A stretch of 64,000 nt of DNA from Gemmatales bacterium (GTDB lineage: Bacteria > Planctomycetota > Planctomycetia > Gemmatales > HRBIN36): the NCBI GenBank assembly GCA_041640595.1, contig JBEPZY010000002.1:276551-340550 (forward strand), in the 5' to 3' direction. The translations under genes and the position numbers were made by a program. Below the pieces are notes generated by a model, which was not told the DNA's origin, did no database searches, and saw only the letters and a list, made by a program, of their open reading frames with translations. Within the stretch, counting starts at the first letter, position 1. Each line of letters opens with the position of its first letter. Below, one piece after another: positions 41,434-51,373 of this stretch.

Positions 41434-43794
41434 ATGTCCGACTCGGTGCCTTCCTGCCTCTGGCATAGCCGTCGTACATCGCGCAGGCCTCTGATATGCT
41501 CGCTATTGAGCAGCTCCGGCAGGCCCGCGCGGGTGTGGCATGGCCGTCATGGACCGTGCAGGGCTTTGATGCCTGCTGGTCGGCAATCGGATCGCGCAGA
41601 GGCTGGCGACGGTGTTCTGCGCAAACCGGTCAAGTTCGGGCTGGTGATAATGTTACCCGTCTGGCTGGCCTGGTGGGTTGGCGCGAGCAGGGCACAAGAG
41701 CCGATGGACGAGGTGGCCGAGTTTTTCCGCGAACCGCAAGCCGTTACCGTCGCCCCACCACTCAAAGGAGCATTTGCCCAGGCGGTCGAAGAATTGCGCG
41801 TCAGCGTTTTTCCCGATCGTCCGCGTCGGGGCGAAACGGTGCGTCTGGAAGTGACCATCCGTCTGCGACCGAACTGGATGACGTATCCGCTGCGGCAGGA
41901 AGACGCGGAACTGGCCAGTGCCGTCAATTACTTCGAGTTGCCAGACACCAAAGTGCTGGTACCGCTGGACGATTGGCAGACGCCAACGCCCAAGTCCGTT
42001 CAGGAGGGCCGCTATCGCAAGCTGTACTACACCGACGCGGTGACGTTCACCCGCAGGCTGGTGGTGCGGCCCGAGACCGAACCGGGTCGCTACGCTTTCC
42101 CGGTGCATCTTCGTGTGCTTGTATGCGTCAAACAGGGGGAACAGGAACGCTGCTTGCCGCCGGAAAAGTTTGCCGTCGAGGTGCCGTTGTTCATTGTCCC
42201 GACCAGGGTCGAGGTGTCGCCGGAAATTCGCAGCATTCTGGAAAAGGCGAGTGCTTCACCGGTCGGCAGCCAGCAACCGAGCAGCGGTGGGACAGGTGCG
42301 GACCAGTTGGGCGTGAGTTCGACCGACCCGAGCACATCCCGGGAGAAGTTGTTGCAGCGGGGATTGCTGGCGTTCATCCTCAGCGGCATGTTCTGGGGAC
42401 TGGTTTCGCTGGCGACTCCGTGTGTTTTTCCGATGATTCCCATCACCGTAAGTTTCTTCCTGAAACAGTCCGAGAAAGAGCATCACCGCCCCGTGTTTTT
42501 CGCCCTGGTCTATAGCGGAACGATCGTGCTGGTGCTGACGCTGGGGGCGTTGTTGCTACTGGGATTTTTCCAGGCGGCGATTCAGCACTGGTTGACCAAT
42601 TTCCTCATCGGGGCGTTGTTTGTTTATTTCGCGCTGAGCCTGCTGGGCTGGTATGAGATTCAGTTGCCGGCAAGTCTGGCCCGGTTCACGTCCGCGCGGG
42701 AGGCCAAAGGAGGCGTGGTTGGCGTGGTGTTTATGGCCCTGACGTTTACCATCATCAGTTTCGCCTGCGTGGCGCCCTTCCTGGGCGGATTTGCTGGTCT
42801 GGCGCCCAGCCTGGGCAACATCAGCGCCATGATCCGCCAGGGAGAAATCGGGCAATTGCTGTGGGTATTGCTGGTTCTGCTGGCCGGGGGCCTGGCCTTT
42901 TCGGTGACCTTCGCCGCTCCGTTTTTCCTGCTGGCCCTTTTCCCTGCCTGGCTGAAAGCCTTACCGAAAAGCGGCAGCTGGATGAACACGATCAAGGTGG
43001 TGATGGGCTTCCTGGAACTGGCAGCCGCTCTCAAGTTTCTTCGGGCTGCCGAGAAACTGTGGTTGGGCGATGCCGTGTTGCTCACGTTTGATTTCGTGCT
43101 GGGCAGTTACGTGGCCATCGCTGCGGCTTGCGGATTGTACCTGCTCGGATTGTTCCGCCTGCCGCACGACGATCCGGAAGCTGCGCCGATCGGCGTGCCC
43201 CGGTTGCTGTTCGGTCTGGCGTTTCTGACGCTGGCGGCGTATTTGCTGCCAGGCCTTTACCAGACGCCGGTCGCCAACGGTGAACAAAACACATCGCTTC
43301 GCGTGCGTCCCAAAGGAGCCGTTTATGCCTGGCTCGAATCGTTCCTTTTGCCGGACACGTCCGGGGAGCATGGCCTGGGCAGCATTCATCGGGGTCTGGA
43401 GCTGGCCCTGAAACGCAAGCAGCGTATCTTCCTCAACTTCACCGGCGACACCTGAACGAACTGCAAAATCAACGAGAACAGTGTGTTCTCGCTGCCGGAA
43501 GTCCGTCGGGCTTTGAATCAGTATGTGCAGGTGGCCCTGTACACGGATGTGGTGCCGCCTGCCCTGCAACCTTCGACTCCGCCGGAGTGGAACCGCGAAT
43601 TTCAGTGGAACACTTTCGGCGACGCTCAGCTACCGCTCTATGTCATCCTCGAGCCGGTCAACCCGCAGCAGGCGAAAATCGTCGCCATTTACAACGAAGG
43701 CAAAATCAACAACGTGGCGGGTTTCGTGCATTTCCTGCAGACCGGCCTGCAAGCCCCCGCCGACCGCCTCATCACCATCCCACCACCTCCGTAG
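41434..43794 (+). CDS. dsbD: DsbD-like thiol:disulfide interchange protein, probable selenoprotein (in-frame TGA 43453-43455)
   Basis: N-domain Cys pair (VCVK...RCLPP); transmembrane domain with TPCVFPMIP and FACVAP; thioredoxin domain FLNFTGDT-TGA-TNCKINE that continues in frame to TAG at 43794. The true start may be downstream (41569 or 41650). Confidence 0.82.
43473..43491 (+). promoter_or_regulatory. Putative bacterial SECIS hairpin
   Basis: Perfect 8-bp stem CGAGAACA/TGTTCTCG with loop GTG; 25 nt separate the TGA from the loop. Confidence 0.7.
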
Positions 43795-43816
43795 GCTGCT
43801 CACGTCCGAGGTGCTA

Positions 43817-44800
43817 ATGAGGAAGGCGATCCCGGATCGGTTTGAAAGCCTGCTCAGCGTTGCGGCTGAAGACCTTGCCATAACACTGGCCGGCCACCCA
43901 CCACTTCAATGGTTGGACTTCCTGCTCAATCCCCGCCGATTGCGCGGCAGCGACTTCTTGATGCGCTGGTCGCAAGGACGCTGGGCCGAGGACAGGATCG
44001 TCGAAGCTATCAATTCCACTGGCCGGTACTATGCCATCCCCTACGGCCCGAGCAGCGTCGCGCCATCTCAAGAGCGTGCTGAAGAGTTTGAGCGCTACTT
44101 CGACCGCCTGCAAAAAGCCGGCCTGGGCAAGCTGAAGCGTCCTGACTTGCTTGTTTTTCGTATTGGCGACAAGAGTGAAGTGAACAGCATCTTGTCGGCA
44201 CGAGGCGGGCTGCAGGAATTACCCTTTATTCAGGAAGCCGACCTAAAGAGGTTGTTGCAGCTGGCGATAGTCGCTATTGAGTGTGAGACCAGTCTATGGA
44301 TTGCCGAGAAAATGCCCGATTACAATGCCGAACTACAGCCGCAACGCTGGCTGGGCAATAAACCGGGCCTAAGGAAAGGCGCAGTAGCGCCTACCATCAT
44401 TCTCAAAGACGAAGACAGAAGACCCTTGAAACGCTGGCAGCGTTCTCATTCTGTGGCCGTTCACCTCTGGCATTTGTTTTACGACCTGGGGTTCGGTATT
44501 GCGCTGGAGGAAGGCGAAAAGCTGATCCGAGGGCAGAGGATACGGCCGCAATCGCAGGTCTATCAGGCACCAGGTGGCCCGACAACGACCAAGAGGATAT
44601 TCAAGATTTATCACCATTACAGTTACCCGATCGGTCGCATTACCAAGCGACCAAAGATGACAGCAGCGTCGATTACCAATAAAAACGGCCATATCCTTCC
44701 CTATGTCCGCTTTGAGGGTGGCCGACTAGATTTGTCCGCAGAAGCCCTAGCTGTGCTGGACCGAGCTGCCAAGCTGCGGCATGGTGAAGTGACGATGTAA
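43817..44800 (+). CDS. Type II restriction endonuclease, AccI-like family
   Basis: SDFLMRWSQGRWAE, KRPDLL and AIECETSLW (PD-(D/E)xK-like); adjacent to an adenine methyltransferase. The start at ATG 43817 follows GAGG. Confidence 0.75.
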   Translation: MRKAIPDRFESLLSVAAEDLAITLAGHPPLQWLDFLLNPRRLRGSDFLMRWSQGRWAEDRIVEAINSTGRYYAIPYGPSSVAPSQERAEEFERYFDRLQKAGLGKLKRPDLLVFRIGDKSEVNSILSARGGLQELPFIQEADLKRLLQLAIVAIECETSLWIAEKMPDYNAELQPQRWLGNKPGLRKGAVAPTIILKDEDRRPLKRWQRSHSVAVHLWHLFYDLGFGIALEEGEKLIRGQRIRPQSQVYQAPGGPTTTKRIFKIYHHYSYPIGRITKRPKMTAASITNKNGHILPYVRFEGGRLDLSAEALAVLDRAAKLRHGEVTM

Positions 44801-44822
44801 GCTGCACCGATGATTACCTCAG

Positions 44823-46373
44823 ATGCCGAGTTATGCTATGGGTAAGCAACAGCGGCTAGCCAGCAGGCTGGAACGCGAACTCCTGCGAGCCAAAGGGCAG
44901 TTCTGGACCCCGGACTGGGTGGCAGAAGTGATGGTAGCCTATGTGCTGGGCAAAGGAGCGCGGCAACTTTTTGACCCGGCTGTTGGTACTGGTGCTTTTT
45001 TCCGCGCTGCGAAGAAACTGGCGAGTTGCTCGAGGCGGGTTCCTCAATTTGTTGGCTGCGAGATTGACCCCACGGTGTTGAGGGCAGCAGTGGAAAATGG
45101 CTTCAGCCACGCGGAGTTATCTCAGGTGCATGTGCGGGATTTCGTGCTCGATCCGCCTGCTGGACCTTTCGAGGCCATCGTGGCCAATCCGCCCTACCTG
45201 CGCCATCACCGACTCAGCGCCGAGGTAAAAGCGAAACTGCGCTCGTTCGCGTACCAAATTCTGGGTCAGCCTATTGACGGCCGGGCCGGCCTTCACGTCT
45301 ATTTCCTGTTGCGTGCCTTGCAATTGCTGGCTCGTGGGGGTCGGCTGGCCTTTATCATGCCCGCGGACACTTGCGAAGGTGTCTTTGCCCCGGTGCTTTG
45401 GTCATGGATAACCCGACATTACCGATTGGATGCAGTAATTACTTTCGACCCAGCGGCCACACCCTTTCCCGAAGTGGACACCAATCCGCTCATCTTCTTC
45501 ATAGAACACACTGAACCACGCGACCAGTTCTACTGGGTACGGTGTGAGCAAGGAGGAGGCAAGGAACTCTGCCAGTGGGTCATGACGGGTTTTCAATGTC
45601 CGCCCAGCGGAGCGCTTTGCGTGTACCAGCGGACCCTGGACGAAGCCTTGCGAGTCGGTTTATCGCGGCCGGCTCTCGGCGACCAAGACGGAGGCTGTCG
45701 TCTGGGTGATTTGGCAATAGTCGTTCGTGGTATTGCCACCGGGGCTAACGATTTTTTCTTTCTCACGCATGCCCAGGTTAAGCAACTGGACATTCCCCGA
45801 GAATTCCTCGTCCGGGCCATTGGCCGAACGCGCGATGTGCCTGGTGACCGCGTCGATTCACAGTTACTTCACCAACTGGAACGATTAGGGAGGCCGACTT
45901 GGCTGTTTTGCCCTGATGGCCGACCGTTGCAGGAATTCCCGGATAGTGTCCGCCGCTATCTCCTGGAGGGCGTGGCTCAGGGTTTACCTCGCCGTCCATT
46001 GCTAGCCACACGCCAACCCTGGTACAAAATGGAAAGGCGACACCCACCGCCATTTCTCTTTGCGTACCTGGGTCGGCGGAACGCTCGATTCATTCGCAAT
46101 CTGGCCAGAGTTGTGCCGCTGACCGGGTTCCTGTGTGTCTATCCCAGGCATGCGGCTCCGGAATTCCTGGAACGACTGTGGACTGTTTTGAATCATCCAG
46201 AGACACTTCGTAATCTCCAATTGGTGGGCAAGAGTTACGGTGCCGGCTGTATCAAGGTCGAGCCGAGGGCACTGGAACAACTACCCTTATCTGAAGATGT
46301 TGTCCGCCAGGCGAAATTGGCTGAATTTGTTCCGAAAAGCAGGGCGGGGGTTCAATTAGTGATAGGGTGGTAA
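44823..46373 (+). CDS. N6-adenine DNA methyltransferase (gamma class, Eco57I/TaqI-like)
   Basis: GQFWTP, FDPAVGTGAF (motif I), ANPPY (motif IV) and RGIATGANDFF. Confidence 0.92.
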   Translation: MPSYAMGKQQRLASRLERELLRAKGQFWTPDWVAEVMVAYVLGKGARQLFDPAVGTGAFFRAAKKLASCSRRVPQFVGCEIDPTVLRAAVENGFSHAELSQVHVRDFVLDPPAGPFEAIVANPPYLRHHRLSAEVKAKLRSFAYQILGQPIDGRAGLHVYFLLRALQLLARGGRLAFIMPADTCEGVFAPVLWSWITRHYRLDAVITFDPAATPFPEVDTNPLIFFIEHTEPRDQFYWVRCEQGGGKELCQWVMTGFQCPPSGALCVYQRTLDEALRVGLSRPALGDQDGGCRLGDLAIVVRGIATGANDFFFLTHAQVKQLDIPREFLVRAIGRTRDVPGDRVDSQLLHQLERLGRPTWLFCPDGRPLQEFPDSVRRYLLEGVAQGLPRRPLLATRQPWYKMERRHPPPFLFAYLGRRNARFIRNLARVVPLTGFLCVYPRHAAPEFLERLWTVLNHPETLRNLQLVGKSYGAGCIKVEPRALEQLPLSEDVVRQAKLAEFVPKSRAGVQLVIGW

Positions 46374-46481
46374 CGTCCCATCGTCGGGCACTCATGGCTT
46401 CGGCAACAGACAAGCCGTCGGTCTGTTTCACAGGTGGAATCTCATCGGTGCAGTACTGCCAGAAGGGTTGCTTTTATCAGG

Positions 46482-47444
46482 TCAGCTCGGAACGGTCAGG
46501 GGGCGGAGTCCGGCGCGGGCTAAAAGAAGCGCGCCGTGAACAACCACGGTTTCTCCGAGCGCTGCCGGGACGACGTCGCAATCGGCCAGCGGCGGAAAAG
46601 CGATCCGGGCCAGCGCTTCCCGCAGCGGTGCAAAGAATCGTTCGCCGGCCAGCGACACTCCACCGCCCAGGACAATCCGTTTCGGTGCCAGGAGCGCTAT
46701 CACGTGGGACAATGCCAGAGCGATTCGGTGCAGGGCGTGGTGCCAGATCGCGGCAATGCGTAAGTCGCCCTGATCGAGCCGACGCAAGGCGTCTTCCACC
46801 GAACATGGTTCACCACAGCAGGCGGAGACGGTTCGGGCAATCGCCCAGCCGGACGATCCCGCTTCCAGATCGCGCCAGGTAGTCGGATCGGGCGTGGCAG
46901 AACCGAGCTGATAATCAATCCAGAGATGCCCGACTTCGCCAGCACCGCGACCCGAACCGCGATAGACCCGCCCGTCCACAACCAGAGCACCACCAATTCC
47001 GGAGCCGACATTGCTGTAAAACATCGGCGAGAACCCGCGACCGGCGCCGAAATGGGCTTCTGCCAGAGCCGCCGTGGCTGCGTCATTACACACCGTAACC
47101 GGCCGACCGGTCTGTTCCATCAACCACTCCTGCAGCGGAAATCCCGCCCAGCCCGGCACCTGAAAAGACTCCAGCACGACTCCGCGACTATCATCCACCG
47201 GGCCGCCAAAGCCCACGCCAATCGCGGTAATGTCGTGCCAGGCCAGCCCGGCCTGCTGTACCAGCTGACGCAAACCGTGCAGCAATTGCTGACGGACAGC
47301 TTCTGCACCGCCGACTGGCGGACCCGCAACTTGTCCGGATTCGGCACCTACACGCGCTCGCCACAGATGCCAGACCTGACCGGCACCATCGCCGATACCG
47401 ATTTGCAGTTTCGTGCCACCTACTTCGATCCCCAGAAATACCAT
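46482..47444 (-). CDS. ROK family sugar kinase
   Basis: LGIEVGGTK, NDATAAALAE..FGAG, GSGIGG and GEVGH motifs. The start may extend to 47480. Confidence 0.9.
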   Translation of the reverse strand: MVFLGIEVGGTKLQIGIGDGAGQVWHLWRARVGAESGQVAGPPVGGAEAVRQQLLHGLRQLVQQAGLAWHDITAIGVGFGGPVDDSRGVVLESFQVPGWAGFPLQEWLMEQTGRPVTVCNDAATAALAEAHFGAGRGFSPMFYSNVGSGIGGALVVDGRVYRGSGRGAGEVGHLWIDYQLGSATPDPTTWRDLEAGSSGWAIARTVSACCGEPCSVEDALRRLDQGDLRIAAIWHHALHRIALALSHVIALLAPKRIVLGGGVSLAGERFFAPLREALARIAFPPLADCDVVPAALGETVVVHGALLLARAGLRPLTVPS

Positions 47445-47734
47445 GAGCGCTTCCCCGAAATCCACCATGAACGCTTGCATAGTATATTCGCTACAGTGTG
47501 GAGAAATGCGATAAGCGCTTTCCCGGAATCCGCCGCAATGCTCAATTTCTTACTTGCCGACTCCACTGCCGATAAACGTTACGATTTGGCCGAGCCGACG
47601 TTCAGCGTCCCGCATGGGTGTACGTAAATGCACCGGAAATGTCGTTTTATCGGTTTGCGAAACATTTTGGGCCGATAGTGGTCGCCATGAGCCGACCGCG
47701 GAGCACCAACGCTACTGCACTGGTGTTACCGACA

Positions 47735-48608
47735 CCCACGGCGGGCTGACGCCCGCCGCTCTTGGTTGCGGGTTCGCTAACCGCTGGACAATGTTTGATT
47801 CTGGCGGTACGACGCTCGGTACACTGAACCACGGCGGGCTGACGCCCGCCGCTCTTTTTCGGCGTGCGTTTGTACATCGTACAAATCGTTTTTTCACCGG
47901 CGGACGTTCGCGCCACGACACAAGAGCGGGGGGCGTAAGCCCCCCGTGGTATGTTCTCGGAATGCGAACCCGATTACGGCAATCTGGCGCATTGCCGTTG
48001 CAGAGGCGGTTTGCAACCCCACGGCGGGCTGACACCTGCCGCTCCTGGTCGCGGATTCGCTAACCGCCAGACAATGTTCGAGTTTCGCGGCAGAGCGTCC
48101 GGTTCACCGATCCACGGCGGGCTGACGCCCGCCGCTCTTTTCGGCGTGCGTTTGTACATCGCACAAATCGTTTTTTCACCGGCGGACGTCCGCATCGCAA
48201 TACAAGAGCGGGGGGCGTAAGCCCCCCGTGGTATGTTCTCGGAATGCGAACCCGATTACGGCAATCCAACGCATTGCCGTTGCAGACGCGGTTTGCAACC
48301 CCACGGCGGGCTGACGTTCGCCGCTCTTGTTTCCGCGCGAGACGAGTGTCCCCGAACGTGTGCGGTATCGGTGTTGCAGGTGCGTTTCCCGAACACCACG
48401 GCGGGCTGACGCCCGTCGCTCTTGTTTCCGCGCGAGACGAGTGTACCCGAACGTGTGCGGTATCCGTGTTGCAGGTGCGTTTCCGGAACACCACGGCGGG
48501 CTGCCGTTCGCCGCTCCTGATAATGACGATCGTTGCTCACGACGAAATCGTTTCCCGTTGCAAGTGCGATACTCACATCCACGGCGGGTTGACGTTCGCG
48601 GCTGCTGG
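47735..48608. repeat. REP/BIME-like array 8 (~10 units)
   Basis: Same units; ~282-bp tandem duplication, decaying copies at the right end. Confidence 0.9.
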
Positions 48609-48682
48609 TAATGACGATCGTCGTTCTCGATGGAACCGGTTTCCGTTGCAGATGCGTGGGGAAGATGATTCGGAGCGAATGG

Positions 48683-51055
48683 CTAGCGGGTAGCGTCTTT
48701 GCCGGTTGTCTGCCAGAGTGGTGTGGCGGTGGTGATGTCCCAGGCCACAGCTCGCCAGCTGGTTTCGTTTTCGCGCAGGAGCAACACCAGCCGATTAGGA
48801 AATCGCGTGTCCCAGGTGAAATCGCGGATGTCGCCGGGCGGAATGGTGAAAGTTTCCTGGCGAAGTTGCTCGCGGTAATCATCCCAGTGAACGCGGAGCA
48901 ACAGGCTCGGTCCCGCCAGCCACCAGTCGCCGAGCCTTTCTCCCAGAATGGCCAGGCGGGCGGCGTTGGTTCGGATGGCAGCCGGCACGGTGAGTGTCCA
49001 TTTGCTTTTGCCGAGAACGCGTCCAGGTTCGCCCGACCCGCGGACAGTTTGCACGAGCACCAGCTCGTAACGGTCCGAGACCAGCAGGGCAAATTCGCCC
49101 GTGGAGAGTGTGTCGAGCAAACGCTGACCGGGCCACTGAAGCAGTGTCGTCACCGAAGCGGATGGTGAACTGGCCGGGACTGACCCCGCGGCAGGATCGA
49201 AACGCCAGGCCGCCCCGAGCAGTTGCAGTTGATCTTTCTGCGCCAGCGGCAGCAACAGCCCGGAGAGCAACGGCAAAGGTGGGCCTGTCAGAGTGCCTTC
49301 GCCATGACCGTCGCGCAGCACCCGGGCGCGACCACGTATCGGGTCAAGAGCGAAAGTACGTTTCTGCTGGGTAGCAACGCAGACCAGGCCGGTAATTGGG
49401 TCAAGGCCAAGATGCGGCAGGAGTGAATAATCGGTGCAGAAAACGCCCCGCAGCTGGCCACTGACCGTGTCTCCGTACCACACCCAGCCACGCGGATCGA
49501 CCAGGTACCATCCTGAATCGGCAACTGCGGGAACGAAAGGAGCATAGCCGGGCACGCGCATCGTCCAGACCACACGCGGATGATGAGTCTCGATCGCCGA
49601 CAGCAGCCGACCTTCGCCTGCCCAGACGTAAATCCGCTCGCCGAGTGCGTCGCGCTGGATGATGCGCAGGGCTTTTTCGCCCGGCAGGTGAGCCGTCCAC
49701 ACCAGCCGACCATTGTTCGGGTGGAAGGCGAGAAGACGGGAACCATCGCCCAGAACGACAGGCGGACTGAAGGCGGAGCCAGGCGATCCGCTCTTGTTCG
49801 GACTCTTTTCCAGAGCCGGTGGATTGCCGCTCGCAGTTGCCGCTTCCATTTTCCATTCGACGTTCCCTTGCGGGAAAAGGCTCTGAGCCAGGGCCCAGAC
49901 AGGCAGAGCGGGTAATCCTTCTGAAAGTTGGGCCCAATCCAGTCCCGCCTGGTATGTCGGCCAGCTCAGATGAGCCAGCCAGCCGGATTCATCGTTCAGC
50001 AATCGCGTCAACTGTTTGGTAATTTCGCCGTCGTTGGCCAGTTCGGCAAACTCCTGGCGGAGCTGCTCAAAGAGTTGCTGGGTCTGCTCCACCAGAGTGG
50101 GGCGCTGTAACTGAAACGCTGCCTGGATGGCCAGTTGCAGACGGTGGCGGGCCTCGGCAAGGCGAATGGCATAACTGGCCTGCTGAATGGCCTGGCTGAG
50201 TTCGGCGCTGCGAACGCCCGGATCGCCGTGACCGAAACCGATTTCCTGCAAGGCGGCATAGATTTCCTGCACCTGTTCCAGCAACAAACGGTCGAGTTGC
50301 TGGCGGGATTCTTCCGCGGCGCGACGGGCCACCTGATAAAGAGCCTCGGCGAGATCGCGACGGTAATAGGCAAATAGCGGCGTCTGGCGGTATTGTTTGA
50401 GAAACTGCGTGGCCACACCGGCCAACCGATGCACATCCACACGCGGATTGTTCAAGAGCGCCCGCAACAGGCTGGCCTGTTCGTAAAAGCTGTATTCGCC
50501 CAGTCGGGCACTGCCCGGAAATTGCCGCATCAACTCGCGGTATTTGTTCAGCGCCTGGGCGTAGTTGCCTTCGCGGAAGAGGGTCTCGGCTTCCGAGGCC
50601 AGATGGGGTTCCCGCGAACGTTCAGCTCGGAATACCATCCAGCCCACCAGACCGGTCATGCCGAGCAATCCCAGGAAAAACAGTGCCGTCCACCACGCTG
50701 CCGACGATTGCGAACGCAACTGCTCCGGTTTCAGTCCCAGAGCCACCAGTTCGTCGAGGGAAACCGGGGCATCCTCGGCAACCGCGACGGAGACCTCCTC
50801 CTGCACGGGTGCGGCTGGCGGCTGAGCAGTGCGACGGGGCGGAGGCTGGCTTCGCCAATCACGATAGACGAACTGTTCGCTGACTACCGTAGCTGGTCGG
50901 GGTGGCTCCGCTTCGGGCAAGCATCGGCCATCGGGATGCCAGCGGAAGAGCTTGCGACAGTCCGGGTACGGACAGCGGAGCCGTAAGCCGCGTTGTTGCT
51001 CCTCGGCCTCGATCTGACGCTGGCAGTGCGGACAGGTGATGAGTGCGACGGGCAT
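48683..51055 (-). CDS. Zinc-ribbon membrane protein with TPR-like and beta-propeller-like regions
   Basis: CPHC...CPYPDC; TM segment WWTALFFLGLLGMTGLVGW; YAQALNKY..L...FP TPR-like motif; G.LVW repeats. Confidence 0.75.
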   Translation of the reverse strand: MPVALITCPHCQRQIEAEEQQRGLRLRCPYPDCRKLFRWHPDGRCLPEAEPPRPATVVSEQFVYRDWRSQPPPRRTAQPPAAPVQEEVSVAVAEDAPVSLDELVALGLKPEQLRSQSSAAWWTALFFLGLLGMTGLVGWMVFRAERSREPHLASEAETLFREGNYAQALNKYRELMRQFPGSARLGEYSFYEQASLLRALLNNPRVDVHRLAGVATQFLKQYRQTPLFAYYRRDLAEALYQVARRAAEESRQQLDRLLLEQVQEIYAALQEIGFGHGDPGVRSAELSQAIQQASYAIRLAEARHRLQLAIQAAFQLQRPTLVEQTQQLFEQLRQEFAELANDGEITKQLTRLLNDESGWLAHLSWPTYQAGLDWAQLSEGLPALPVWALAQSLFPQGNVEWKMEAATASGNPPALEKSPNKSGSPGSAFSPPVVLGDGSRLLAFHPNNGRLVWTAHLPGEKALRIIQRDALGERIYVWAGEGRLLSAIETHHPRVVWTMRVPGYAPFVPAVADSGWYLVDPRGWVWYGDTVSGQLRGVFCTDYSLLPHLGLDPITGLVCVATQQKRTFALDPIRGRARVLRDGHGEGTLTGPPLPLLSGLLLPLAQKDQLQLLGAAWRFDPAAGSVPASSPSASVTTLLQWPGQRLLDTLSTGEFALLVSDRYELVLVQTVRGSGEPGRVLGKSKWTLTVPAAIRTNAARLAILGERLGDWWLAGPSLLLRVHWDDYREQLRQETFTIPPGDIRDFTWDTRFPNRLVLLLRENETSWRAVAWDITTATPLWQTTGKDATR

Positions 51056-51373
51056 AGTATGACCACGGATAGCCCCGCCGGTACTGCGGGTCGGTTTGCG
51101 TGCAGGCGAGCGGTCCCAGAGCAGCTAGTCACGATGTGCGAACCCCGCTTCCATTATACAGCCGCCGCTAATTCCGACAAATTCGGCAAAAGTTTCCTGG
51201 TTTGTGCTGCCGATACATACTGCAAGACCCATCGCTACCGGGCAAGGTGGTGACGCCACTTTGCCTGCGCGAATGCCTTTCCGCCTGCAAAAACGCAATC
51301 GCTCCGGAGATATCATGACCGCGACCCATACTGGACTTATGGCTTTGCTCAACCCAGGTCTGGCGGAGAAGTA

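Noticed and set aside
43483..43794. Separate 103-aa ORF after dsbD, or dsbD as a nonsense pseudogene
   Set aside because: It is the in-frame remainder of the thioredoxin domain after a TGA at the catalytic Cys with a SECIS-like hairpin; Sec read-through explains it better.
43523..43816. N-terminal extension of the endonuclease ORF shown in the ORF track
   Set aside because: It overlaps the dsbD C-terminal coding region in another frame; ATG 43817 with GAGG is more plausible.
51187..51216. Possible sigma-28-like promoter (AAAAGTTT...GCCGATAC) upstream of the secretin
   Set aside because: The spacer is 13 nt rather than the usual 11 for this extended consensus, and GCCGATA occurs elsewhere without a -35; not supportable.
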